From positions 78,182 to 142,181 of the forward strand of contig CASEZG010000002.1 of the NCBI GenBank assembly GCA_949292375.1: a DNA stretch of 64,000 nt. The letters run 5' to 3'. The position numbers and the translations under genes were made by a program. Shown here piece by piece: positions 8,512 through 18,119 of the stretch; within the stretch, counting starts at the first letter, position 1, and every line of letters starts with the position of its first letter. The notes under the pieces are model-generated. The model worked only from the letters and a program-made list of their open reading frames with translations. It was not told the origin of the DNA and searched no databases. Origin of the DNA: an uncultured Pseudomonadota bacterium (GTDB lineage: Bacteria; Pseudomonadota; Alphaproteobacteria; RF32; CAG-239).

Positions 8512-8871
8512 ATGATGACGGCGGCTTTACATACGGATTACAGCGGTTTGGCCATAGAACGCCAAAAAAACCTGATGTCTAATGCTCAAAACCAAAATAT
8601 GGATGAGATTAAGCAAACGGCTGAAGATTTTGAGGCTTTCTTTTTGAGCCGTATGGTTGAGACGATGTTTGAGGGTATTTCTACCGACGGAATGTTTGGC
8701 GGCGGAAACGGCGAAAAGGTCTTTCGCTCCCTCTTGATTAACGAATATGGCAAAGCAATGGCCAAAACAGGAACGGTCGGCGTGGCTGACTATGTAATGA
8801 AGTCAATCTTGGAGATGCAGGAAGTGCAATCTCAGGGTTTTATTGACGGAACAAAAACGAAAGAGGTGTAA
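8512..8871 (+). CDS. flgJ: Rod-binding protein (FlgJ N-terminal-domain-only type, no muramidase domain)
   Basis: 119 aa. AEDFEAFFLSRMVETMFEG is the Rod_binding motif. The short form is typical of alphaproteobacteria. Confidence 0.8.
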   Translation: MMTAALHTDYSGLAIERQKNLMSNAQNQNMDEIKQTAEDFEAFFLSRMVETMFEGISTDGMFGGGNGEKVFRSLLINEYGKAMAKTGTVGVADYVMKSILEMQEVQSQGFIDGTKTKEV

Positions 8872-8872
8872 G

Positions 8873-9328
8873 ATGAATACTTTGTCTCATAAAGAAGAAA
8901 TCAGAGAAAAAGTTTCGGACTATTTGGAAATCGTTCGCAACTTTGCCGATTTGCTCCGTGAAGAAAACGAGGCTTTGGAACAGTTTGACACAGAAAAAGT
9001 GGCCGCTTTGTATGAGCAAAAGGTTAAGTTGGTTACGGCTTATCGAGCTTTTGTCGCTTTCTTCATTAAAAACCAAGAAGGTTTGAAGCTCTTGGAACAA
9101 GATGAAAAGCTGCTCTTGCGCGAAGAATCTTTGAAGTTGGATGAACTGCAACACCAAAACAATACTTTGTTGCAGACAAGAATGAAAGTTAGCCAAACGA
9201 TTATGGATTCAATCGTTAATTTGGCAAAAAAACGTACGCAGGATTTTTCAACCTCGTATGGTGCTCAGGGCAAGTATTCGCCTTTGGATAACAGTAAAAA
9301 CGCAATAGCGATAAACAGAACTTTATAG
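8873..9328 (+). CDS. FlgN-like flagellar export chaperone (tentative)
   Basis: 151-aa helical protein directly upstream of flgK/flgL. LLREENEALEQFDTEKVAALYEQKVKLV resembles the FlgN family. The call rests on position and composition only. Confidence 0.45.
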   Translation: MNTLSHKEEIREKVSDYLEIVRNFADLLREENEALEQFDTEKVAALYEQKVKLVTAYRAFVAFFIKNQEGLKLLEQDEKLLLREESLKLDELQHQNNTLLQTRMKVSQTIMDSIVNLAKKRTQDFSTSYGAQGKYSPLDNSKNAIAINRTL

Positions 9329-9339
9329 GAGTTTTTACC

Positions 9340-11523
9340 ATGGCATTATTATCTGGATTACAAACTTCCCTCTCCGGAATGAAAGTGGCACAAAGTCAGC
9401 TGGAGCTTATCGGCCGCAATGTTGCCAATGTGGACACAGAAGGTTATACGCGCAAAACCATGGCGCAAAAGAACGTTGTTCTGGCCGGACAAAATGCCGG
9501 TGTGGCCTTGGGAAATATTACTCGTACGGTTAATGAAGGCTTGCTCAGAAGTTTTTTGGCGGCAAATAATGCCTATGGAACAGCAAATGGTAAAAGCCAA
9601 TACCTCAATAAAACAGAAACCTTACTCGGAACACCGGAAGGTGATGACTCTATCGCCGCAAGCGTGGCTGATTTGCAGGCTGCTTTTAACACCTTTTCAA
9701 CCGACGTTACCTCGGCGACAGGACGTTATAATCTGCTTAATGCCGCTAATACCGTTACTTCTCGGCTTAACTATTTGTCGCAGGAAATTCAGAAACTCCG
9801 CGGCGATGCCGATATGAACATTAAGGAAGATGTCGACCAAATTAATAACCTTTTGGACGAACTAAAAACCTTAAATGATAAAATTGTTAAATATCAAGTT
9901 TTGGGTTATGACGGCGTGGCTGATTTGGAAGACCAAAGAGATTCTGCCTTGCGTGATTTGAGCGGACTGATTGATATTAACTACTTTAAACGTGAAAACG
10001 GTGAAATGGTTATTCAGACTAAAAATGGTGTAACGCTTTTGGATAGAGACGCACACCATTTGAGCCACAGTCCTATTGCTCAAGCCAGCGCAACATCTTC
10101 TTATGCCGGCGGCGGTATTACGGGTATTTATGTTGATGGCGTGGATATCACCAACCAGATTGCCGGCGGCGAGATTCAGGGGCTAATTGAAATCCGTGAT
10201 GTTACCCTGCCCTCTTTGCAATCTCAACTTGATGAGTTAGCAGGTGTTTTAAAAACGCAAATTAACGCTATTCATAACCAAGGTACCGCTTATCCTAACA
10301 CACCGTCAATACTTACAGGCACACGCAGTTTTATTGACCCGAATGCGCAAAATATCAAAATAGAAAACGGTGATGTTCGTTTCATTGTTTTTGATTCGGA
10401 AGGTAATCAGGTTGCCACAACAAACCTTAATGGTGGATTGGGCTTCACGGAGGGAAGTGTTGCTGATATGACACAGCGCATTAATGATTGGCTGCAATCT
10501 CCGGACGGCGCAAATTTACCTCAGGCATCTGCCAGTTTTGATGATGACGGACATTTGGTTATTGATACGGGAGACAGTGAGTACAGCATTGCCATTATGG
10601 ATGAGGTCAGCTCTACAATCGGCAGTGAGCAAGGAAGCGTCAGTATCTCTTTTGATGCTAACGGAGATGGAACTTATGACCGCTCTGCTGAGGGCTTTTC
10701 CAGCTTCTTTGGCTTAAACGACTTTTTTGTCAGCAACGCAAATGAAGCTATCTATGACTCAAAAGTTGTCAGCAAAGGAATGAACCTCGGACTTAAAAAT
10801 GTCGTAACCCTTAACTTCTCGGATACTTCGCACGGATTGAACTATGGTTCTATCAATATTTATCCGAATGACAGTTTGCAGACAATCGTTGACAAAATTA
10901 ACAATGACCCTGTCTTAAATGAAAATCTGCAGGCTGCATTAGTTCCCAACGGAAACGGCTATGTTTTGCGTATTGTAAACTCTTCCGGCGAACAGCTTGA
11001 AATCTCTGAAAGCGTAGCTCCCGGTGGTCAGGGTGGTGTTATTGAAAAACTCGGAATTGCTCCGTCTAATGCTTCGGCATCTACATCCATTTCTGTAAGA
11101 GAAGAGCTGAAAACAACTCCGGCTTTGATTGCCAACGGTTCTCCGCAATATGATGTGGCCAGCAGCGAGTATAAGCTTAACCAAGCATCGAATACTATTG
11201 CAAATGAGATGGTGAAGGTATTTACGGAATCTCAGTCCTTTGGACAGTCCGGAACTTTGTCTTCAATGTCTACAACTTTGTCAAACTATGCTTCAACCTT
11301 TGTCGGAAATATTGCCTCCGAAACTAGTGAAGCAACTAAAACTCTTGAATATCAGCAAAGTTTGACGAGTTCAATTTCGACCAAAGAAGCGCAAATCAGC
11401 GGTGTGGATATGGATGAAGAGCTCAGTCAGTTGATTGTATATCAACAAAGCTATGCTGCTTGCGCACAAATGTTTACTGCATCCAAAGAAATATTGGATA
11501 TGCTGTTAGGTATGGTTAAATAG
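9340..11523 (+). CDS. flgK: Flagellar hook-associated protein 1 FlgK
   Basis: N-terminus LSGLQTSLSGMKVAQSQLELIGRNVANVDTEGYTRK and C-terminus SGVDMDEELSQLIVYQQSYAACAQM are canonical FlgK. Confidence 0.9.
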   Translation: MALLSGLQTSLSGMKVAQSQLELIGRNVANVDTEGYTRKTMAQKNVVLAGQNAGVALGNITRTVNEGLLRSFLAANNAYGTANGKSQYLNKTETLLGTPEGDDSIAASVADLQAAFNTFSTDVTSATGRYNLLNAANTVTSRLNYLSQEIQKLRGDADMNIKEDVDQINNLLDELKTLNDKIVKYQVLGYDGVADLEDQRDSALRDLSGLIDINYFKRENGEMVIQTKNGVTLLDRDAHHLSHSPIAQASATSSYAGGGITGIYVDGVDITNQIAGGEIQGLIEIRDVTLPSLQSQLDELAGVLKTQINAIHNQGTAYPNTPSILTGTRSFIDPNAQNIKIENGDVRFIVFDSEGNQVATTNLNGGLGFTEGSVADMTQRINDWLQSPDGANLPQASASFDDDGHLVIDTGDSEYSIAIMDEVSSTIGSEQGSVSISFDANGDGTYDRSAEGFSSFFGLNDFFVSNANEAIYDSKVVSKGMNLGLKNVVTLNFSDTSHGLNYGSINIYPNDSLQTIVDKINNDPVLNENLQAALVPNGNGYVLRIVNSSGEQLEISESVAPGGQGGVIEKLGIAPSNASASTSISVREELKTTPALIANGSPQYDVASSEYKLNQASNTIANEMVKVFTESQSFGQSGTLSSMSTTLSNYASTFVGNIASETSEATKTLEYQQSLTSSISTKEAQISGVDMDEELSQLIVYQQSYAACAQMFTASKEILDMLLGMVK

Positions 11524-11534
11524 GAGGTATTATC

Positions 11535-13778
11535 ATGGTTAGGGTTCCTACTTATTCGACTTATATGAGTTTGATGAACGGCGCGCTTAAGAATAAGCAG
11601 CTGGTTGACCAATATAGTTTTCAGTCTATTACCGGCCTGAAAGCACAGACTTATTCCGGATATGGAATGAGTGCTTATAGTATTGTTAATTTGGAAGCCG
11701 CTTTGACTGTTAACAACAACTATATGGATAACAACAGCATTTTGCAAGTTGAGCTCAATACGCTCAGTACATCTCTTGAGTCCGTTCAAACAACCATCAA
11801 CGACTTTAAGAGTATGTTGACTGCGTTTAGTGGTTCTGTCAGTGATACTTCGACACAAAAAGATCCGGATAAAACCGGAGGTGAAATCACTTTCTCCAGC
11901 AATGATAAAGCTGATTATCTCGGAAAATCTATCACTGTTAACGGCACAACTTATACTTTTGCTGAAGATGGTATTGGAAATAATATTGACATCAGCGGCG
12001 CAACATCTGCTCAAGATGTTATGGATGCTTTAGAGGCAAAATTGCCGGCTAACCCGAATTTTACGTTTGATGGTACAACCTTCTCCTACCCGCTATACAC
12101 GGTTGACAACACCTCCTCTATTTTGGATGCTAACGGCGTTACAACCGGCACTCCGAAGTCTGAGAGTATTGCGGCAAATGGAAATCTTACCCCTGATTAT
12201 ACCGGCGGTGAAATTAGTTTCTTAAGTGATAATATTGATGACTATTTGGGTAAAACTCTGACTGTTAACGGCGTAACTTACACCTTTGCAGACAACGGGG
12301 ACGGCAACAATATTGATATCAGCGGCTTAACTTCAGCTGAAGAGATTATGACCGCTTTGCAAAACAAATTACCGGCTAATCCTGATTTTAAGTTTGAAGG
12401 AACAAAGTTCTCGTTTCCTTTATATACTATCAATGGCAGTTCTACCGTGCTTAAAGCAAACGGTGTCACGACCGGTGAGCCTCACACAATGAGCAACGAC
12501 CAATACCAAGAGATGAAACAGCTTCAAACGAATGCATTTTCTTCTCTTAAGCTTCTTGTAGACAGCTTAAACACCTTTGTTAACGGAAAGTATTTGTTTG
12601 GGGGTGGAAATACAACTACTCCTCCGATTAATTTTCCGTTCAGCTCTTTAGATGAATTTCAGAGCTATTATGACGGTATTAATATTAAATTCCCAAGCAG
12701 CGCAGCCGCTAACTTGACTAATATGACTATGAACGGTGACAAAGTTGGCGATTTAACTATTGCTTCAACAGGCGGAAATACGGCAACTTTAACCGCAGGA
12801 AATGCCGGCGGCTTTTTGAAAGAAGGGATTACGGCTAATGATCGCACAACCGGCGATTTGACCTTTGACAAGGAAAAAGGAACAATTAAAGCAACACAAC
12901 ATGGAGCTTTTGCTTCGCTTAAAGCCGGTGATACTATTGTTATCGGAGGTGATGGTTCCGGCGCAAATGCTAAAGCCTACACAATTAAATCTGTTTCTTC
13001 TGACGGCAAAACAATTACGGTTGATGAAAGTACGCCGATTATGGAAAGTATGACTGTTTCTCCAACGGATAATGTTACTTTTTCAACCTCATTCCCTGTT
13101 GGTTCGGTTATTAATATGGAAGGTTTTGGCAATAATACCGCACCGCGCGTTCAGGTTACGGGTATTAGCGATGACGGTTCAACACTTTATGTGACTGCTG
13201 ACCCCGGATATTTGCCTGAAGAGGGTAATCCTCAAGTTATTGCTGCTTCTGATAAATGGAGCCTTGAGACACAATCTTATTATCAAGGCGGAACGTTGTC
13301 TTCTAATAAAATGATTTCCGACAACCAAAGTCTTACCTTTAATATTAATGGGCAAGATGCTGTTTTTGAGCAAATGTTCCGCGCGCTCGGACAAATTGCT
13401 CAAGGTAATTTGGTTGATACGAGAAATCCGGCTGACGGAATTGAGAGCACTATTAATGCTGACCAAGTTATGGACAGAGTTATGGGATCGTTGGATTTGA
13501 TTCAAAATGCTTTATTCAACTCTTCGGCTGGAACAACATCTAATCCTGATATGTATTCGGTGTTGGCAAAAGTAAATTCCGATACTGTTTTGCTTAACAG
13601 CGTTACGGAAAACCAAACTTTGGTTAAAAATAATCTGGAGAATAATATTTACTCCTTAAAGAATGTTGACAAGACTGAAGCTGCTACCAAGTTGCTTCTG
13701 GCGGCAGAGAATCTGCAAGCTTCTTATTCGGTTATGCAAACCACTTTGAACTTGTCAATTTTGGATTACCTTAAGTAG
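11535..13778 (+). CDS. flgL: Flagellar hook-associated protein 3 FlgL / flagellin-family protein, unusually long (747 aa)
   Basis: Position after flgK. Flagellin-type C-terminus (EAATKLLLAAENLQASYSVMQTTLNLSILDYLK) and an N-terminal helical region. The central region carries an internal duplication. Confidence 0.8.
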   Translation: MVRVPTYSTYMSLMNGALKNKQLVDQYSFQSITGLKAQTYSGYGMSAYSIVNLEAALTVNNNYMDNNSILQVELNTLSTSLESVQTTINDFKSMLTAFSGSVSDTSTQKDPDKTGGEITFSSNDKADYLGKSITVNGTTYTFAEDGIGNNIDISGATSAQDVMDALEAKLPANPNFTFDGTTFSYPLYTVDNTSSILDANGVTTGTPKSESIAANGNLTPDYTGGEISFLSDNIDDYLGKTLTVNGVTYTFADNGDGNNIDISGLTSAEEIMTALQNKLPANPDFKFEGTKFSFPLYTINGSSTVLKANGVTTGEPHTMSNDQYQEMKQLQTNAFSSLKLLVDSLNTFVNGKYLFGGGNTTTPPINFPFSSLDEFQSYYDGINIKFPSSAAANLTNMTMNGDKVGDLTIASTGGNTATLTAGNAGGFLKEGITANDRTTGDLTFDKEKGTIKATQHGAFASLKAGDTIVIGGDGSGANAKAYTIKSVSSDGKTITVDESTPIMESMTVSPTDNVTFSTSFPVGSVINMEGFGNNTAPRVQVTGISDDGSTLYVTADPGYLPEEGNPQVIAASDKWSLETQSYYQGGTLSSNKMISDNQSLTFNINGQDAVFEQMFRALGQIAQGNLVDTRNPADGIESTINADQVMDRVMGSLDLIQNALFNSSAGTTSNPDMYSVLAKVNSDTVLLNSVTENQTLVKNNLENNIYSLKNVDKTEAATKLLLAAENLQASYSVMQTTLNLSILDYLK
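11877..12482 (+). repeat. In-frame tandem duplication (period 327 nt / 109 aa) inside flgL
   Basis: GGEITFSSNDKADYLGKSITVNGTTYTFAEDGIGNNIDISGATSAQDVMDALEAKLPANPNFTFDGTTFSYPLYTV aligns with GGEISFLSDNIDDYLGKTLTVNGVTYTFADNGDGNNIDISGLTSAEEIMTALQNKLPANPDFKFEGTKFSFPLYTI. Confidence 0.85.
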
Positions 13779-13803
13779 AAAACAAAAGGTAATCAGGGCA
13801 GAA

Positions 13804-13840
13804 AGAAGGCCTTTCCAGAATGGAAAGGCCTTCTCGTTTT
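13804..13840. terminator. Bidirectional rho-independent terminator (flgL / malQ convergent)
   Basis: Perfect 14-bp stem AGAAGGCCTTTCCA-gaa-TGGAAAGGCCTTCT followed by cgTTTTc. Confidence 0.7.
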
Positions 13841-13841
13841 C

Positions 13842-16001
13842 TTATCTCTCTCTTCTAATGGCTTTAATATTTCTTATAAATGCAATATCTGTTTCAAATT
13901 TTTCTAAATTTACCGGAAGTTTGCGCCGCCAGTTCGGATGCTTATCTCTGTCAACGCCTGGCAAATTTTGCATCTTCTCAACATGGAAAATATCTTCCGG
14001 CTGTGCCAGAAAGACTTTGGAAACCGTCCTTGCACCAAAACGGTGAACAGCTTCTTCTATACCTTCGGGATAAGCCTCCCCGAATAGGTAATCAGCTTTT
14101 CTCCAATTATCTTCCGGCCATACACCATTGATGTCCAAAACATGCAACAGTTTCCATCTGTCAGCCTCTCTTTTTTGATAGGCTTGCGATTGAGCCTCGT
14201 CATTGTCAATAATGTTCAGACTACGCATTAAGGCTATATCATAGCCGAACCACCACATCCGAAGCGGGGCCATATCATGTGTGCCGATGGAGGTAAATGC
14301 ATATTCTGGATATTGTTGAGGGCTGCGGAAATCACCCCAACCAGCATCAAAACGTTCTGCCCATAAAACACCCAAGGAATAGACATTTCTGGCTCTTAGC
14401 GTATCCATAAAACCATCAGGAACATTACCAATACTCTCACCGACAATCATACACTGATTTAAGTGGCTTTCCAAAGCAACAATGTTGAGCATATCCCTAA
14501 AATTAAAGTAAAGATATGTTCCTGCCGTTCCTTCATCCGGTATGATATAGAGACGCATTAAACCCATAACATGGTCTATGCGCAGAGCTCCTGCCGAACG
14601 CATATTGGCTCTTAAAATCTTTATAAAAGGTTGGTAACATTTATCTTTAAGAACAAAAGGATTAAATGTTCCCAAGCACCATTTCTGACCTGCCGGAAAG
14701 AATGCATCCGGCGGGGCTCCTGCGCCAACCCCCGGAATAAATAATTCAGGATTGCTCCAAACCTCCGTACTGTCTGCACTTACACCTACGGGTAAATCTC
14801 TATAAAAACCCAATCTTAATCCACATTCAACTGCAGTCTGGTAAGCTAAGTCGAACTGCCTTTCTGCCTCAAACTGCATAAATTTGAAAAACTCTATTTT
14901 GTCCTTGTGGGCTGCTATATATTTTTGCATTCCTTCACTGTTGAAGTCCTGAAAATCTTTTTCCCAGGCGCGCCAGCCTCCGCCCCAATCATATGAGCAT
15001 TTCTCATCATATAAGCATTGGAAGGTTGCCATTTTATCCAAATCAATGCCTTTGCTTTCACTATAACGCTGGTAATCTGTCTGACGGTTTTGGTCTTTGC
15101 CAAATTTAAATCTTTTATAAAATTCTTCCAGAAGTTTAACTTTTAACTGATAAACTTCCGTATATCTGATTAATTCGCTCTCTCTTAATTCTTTTATCTG
15201 TTCTAAGTGTTCTTCCCTATCTGCCGGATTAAACTCCGGTACATTTTCGATATCAATATACATCGGGTTCATAAACAAGCGACTTAAGGAGCTGTATGGG
15301 CTGGCATCTTCAGGATAAGTGTGGTTCAAAACGTTTAACGGATTTAAACCTATTATGTTTGCACCGTTTCGGGCTGCTATCTTTACTAACTCCGCTAAAT
15401 CCGTAAAATCGCCGATACCCCAATTATGCTCACTTTTGATGGAGTATAATTGAAGATTTAGCCCCCATATTTTGCCGCTTGCCAGAACTGCATTCTCATA
15501 ACACTTTCTTGGGGCGACGGCTAATGTCGCATAGTAAACATCATCATCCACCTTAAATGATAGGTTATAGTAGCCAAAACTCAATGTTGTATTAATTCGT
15601 ATTTCAATACGCGCTAATTCAATATCGTTTAAGGTATATCTTTCACCGGTGTCATTCACACGAAAAGAAAGCTGACCAAACATGCCCGGACCAGAATTTT
15701 CGGGGGCCGCAATAACATCAAACTCAGCATTTAGCTTTGATGTTGGAATAACAGCCGTAAATTCAACATTGCCCTCTTCTACAACATATATTGCCTCTAA
15801 GGTACGGCTCCATTTACGATATTCAAATTCTGCCAAGGATTTAGCGACGTCTTCATTTGTCCAAGCTTTATAGCCTAAGCTATCCGCAATACGACGGATG
15901 ACTTCTTCGCTGACTTCATAATCTTTTCTGACCAAACCTGCATCCGTAAAACGAACGGAAAGACCTAATTTCTCCGCCAGCTCTCTTAGATTGTCATCCA
16001 T
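13842..16001 (-). CDS. malQ: 4-alpha-glucanotransferase (amylomaltase, GH77, long MalQ type)
   Basis: 719 aa. Motifs GALRIDHVMGLMRLY and GESIGNVPDGF, and a C-terminal MQNLPGVDRDKHPNWRRKL typical of MalQ. Confidence 0.9.
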   Translation of the reverse strand: MDDNLRELAEKLGLSVRFTDAGLVRKDYEVSEEVIRRIADSLGYKAWTNEDVAKSLAEFEYRKWSRTLEAIYVVEEGNVEFTAVIPTSKLNAEFDVIAAPENSGPGMFGQLSFRVNDTGERYTLNDIELARIEIRINTTLSFGYYNLSFKVDDDVYYATLAVAPRKCYENAVLASGKIWGLNLQLYSIKSEHNWGIGDFTDLAELVKIAARNGANIIGLNPLNVLNHTYPEDASPYSSLSRLFMNPMYIDIENVPEFNPADREEHLEQIKELRESELIRYTEVYQLKVKLLEEFYKRFKFGKDQNRQTDYQRYSESKGIDLDKMATFQCLYDEKCSYDWGGGWRAWEKDFQDFNSEGMQKYIAAHKDKIEFFKFMQFEAERQFDLAYQTAVECGLRLGFYRDLPVGVSADSTEVWSNPELFIPGVGAGAPPDAFFPAGQKWCLGTFNPFVLKDKCYQPFIKILRANMRSAGALRIDHVMGLMRLYIIPDEGTAGTYLYFNFRDMLNIVALESHLNQCMIVGESIGNVPDGFMDTLRARNVYSLGVLWAERFDAGWGDFRSPQQYPEYAFTSIGTHDMAPLRMWWFGYDIALMRSLNIIDNDEAQSQAYQKREADRWKLLHVLDINGVWPEDNWRKADYLFGEAYPEGIEEAVHRFGARTVSKVFLAQPEDIFHVEKMQNLPGVDRDKHPNWRRKLPVNLEKFETDIAFIRNIKAIRRER

Positions 16002-16016
16002 TTTATTACCCCTTTA

Positions 16017-18089
16017 TTATTTTTTTACTTCAAATATCAGCACGCTCCACCCCGGAACTTTTATTGTCTTTCCTGATGCTGCCGTACCAACAAATTTTTC
16101 CGAACTGTCTATCAGCAATGTCCAAGCCAGATTTTTATCAATTTCGGGGAGTGTCCAACTTTGCTCATTAAAATCAGCGTTGAAAATACACATCACATGA
16201 TGCCCACCGGAATAGATGCTATACGAGATGCATTTGCGCTGAGGATTATGCCAATCAGCTTCCGTAAATTCATCGCCCCTTTCCGTGTACCATGTAATAT
16301 CTTTGATGCCGCTTTTGCCTTGAATATGCCCCGTAAAGAATTTGTTCCTCTCAAAAATTTTGAGCTTTTTGCGTAGACCTATTAACTTCTTTACAAAGCG
16401 CGCAAAATTTCTGTTCTCGTTTGTTATTGCTTCCCATGCAAGCCATGTTAAGATATTGTCCTGACAATAGGGATTATTATTGCCAAACTGCGTCCGAGCT
16501 AACTCGTCACCTGATAATATCATCGGTGTACCGAAAGACATCAGCAAAGTGGTCATCAGAGCACGGGCTCTGGCATAGCGATTATTCTTTACGGTCCTGT
16601 TATCACTTTCTCCTTCGGCTCCGGAGTTCCAGCTCCAATTGCTATCACTTCCATCTCTGTTTTCTTCGCCGTTAGAATTGTTGTGTTTACCGTTAAAGCT
16701 AACCAAATCCCTTAAGCAAAAGCCATCATGTGCCGTAACAAAATTTACACTAGCCCAAATGTCTCTGTTATTATAATTAAAGACATCTGATGAACCTGTT
16801 AAACGGCTGGCCAGCTCTGCCGTTTGACCTAAATCTCCCTTCCAAAAACGGCGGACTACGTCTCTGAATTTGTCGTTCCACTCAGCCCAACCCGGCGGAA
16901 AAGCTCCAACCTGATATCCGCCGAAACCGACATCCCATGGTTCGGCAATGAGTTTGGTTTGACGCAGCAGTGGATCTTGTCCCGTAGCATATAAAAATCC
17001 GCTTTGTTGGCTAAACTCTTTATTTTGCCTGCTGACAGTGGTCGCTAAATCAAAACGAAATCCATCAACATGCATTTCTTTAACCCAGTAACGTAATGAG
17101 TCCATAACCAAAGCCAAAACATTCGGATTTTGCACATTAAATGATGCGCCACAGCCTGTTGTGTCAAAGTAATAACGTTTATTCTCCGGATTCAAAATAT
17201 AATAAGATTCATTATCTATACCGCGGTAGCATAAGGTTGGTCCGAGTTGGTTACCTTCGCCCGTATGGTTATATACGACATCCAAAATAACCTCCAGATT
17301 ATTTTGGTGTAGTTTTTTGACCATATCCTTAAACTCTTTTATTTCTCCGTGTTCCAGATATGACTGCTCAGGGGCAAAAAATGAAAAGCTCTCGTACCCC
17401 CAATAGTTATCGACGACATAACCCTTTTTATGCCTGTTGCCAAAAAAAGCATGTATCGGTAATAGCTCCACTGCGGTTACGCCCAACCATTTTAGATAAC
17501 CAACTACTGACTTATGACTCATCCCTAAAAATGTTCCGCGTTTAGCATCCGGAACTTTGGGATGCAAACGAGTAAACCCTCTGGTATGAGTTTCATAAAT
17601 AATGGTTTCTTCAAACGGACGTTTAAGCGGTTCATCACCCTCCCAGTCATAATCATCATCAACGACGACAGACTTCGGAACATAAGGTGCGCTGTCTAGC
17701 TCCGAAAAAGATAAATCTTTTTCCGGACTATCCCAGTCATAACCAAATATTGCCTTGTGCCAAATAAGCTTGCCGACAAGCTGTTTTCCATAAGGGTCTA
17801 TCAATAACTTATTCGGATTAAACCTTTTTCCTTCTTCCGGCTTATAAGGTCCATAAACACGGTAGCCGTAAACCTGCCCCGGCTCCAACCCCGGAATATA
17901 AATATGCCAGATACTGTTATCGTTCTCGGTTATGGCATAGCGTTTTTGTTCTTGAGCTCCGGTTTTGTCAAACAAGCAGAGCTCAACTTTTTCGGCATGT
18001 GCCGAAAACAAAGCAAAGTTTACACCCTTTCCGTCGTAAACCGAACCTAGTGGATAAGGTTTACCGCTTGAGGGTTTATTGCTTGCCAT
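16017..18089 (-). CDS. glgX: Glycogen debranching enzyme GlgX (GH13)
   Basis: 690 aa. PYPLGSVYDGKGVNFALFS, VILDVVYNHTGEG, DGFRFDLA, LIAEPWD and FVTAHDGF are canonical GlgX blocks. Confidence 0.9.
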   Translation of the reverse strand: MASNKPSSGKPYPLGSVYDGKGVNFALFSAHAEKVELCLFDKTGAQEQKRYAITENDNSIWHIYIPGLEPGQVYGYRVYGPYKPEEGKRFNPNKLLIDPYGKQLVGKLIWHKAIFGYDWDSPEKDLSFSELDSAPYVPKSVVVDDDYDWEGDEPLKRPFEETIIYETHTRGFTRLHPKVPDAKRGTFLGMSHKSVVGYLKWLGVTAVELLPIHAFFGNRHKKGYVVDNYWGYESFSFFAPEQSYLEHGEIKEFKDMVKKLHQNNLEVILDVVYNHTGEGNQLGPTLCYRGIDNESYYILNPENKRYYFDTTGCGASFNVQNPNVLALVMDSLRYWVKEMHVDGFRFDLATTVSRQNKEFSQQSGFLYATGQDPLLRQTKLIAEPWDVGFGGYQVGAFPPGWAEWNDKFRDVVRRFWKGDLGQTAELASRLTGSSDVFNYNNRDIWASVNFVTAHDGFCLRDLVSFNGKHNNSNGEENRDGSDSNWSWNSGAEGESDNRTVKNNRYARARALMTTLLMSFGTPMILSGDELARTQFGNNNPYCQDNILTWLAWEAITNENRNFARFVKKLIGLRKKLKIFERNKFFTGHIQGKSGIKDITWYTERGDEFTEADWHNPQRKCISYSIYSGGHHVMCIFNADFNEQSWTLPEIDKNLAWTLLIDSSEKFVGTAASGKTIKVPGWSVLIFEVKK

Positions 18090-18119
18090 AGTTGTTCTCC
18101 GCTTGTTTTAAAATTTGTC

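Noticed and set aside
11451-12014. 187-aa minus-strand ORF across the flgK/flgL junction
   Set aside because: It is antisense to two strongly supported flagellar genes.
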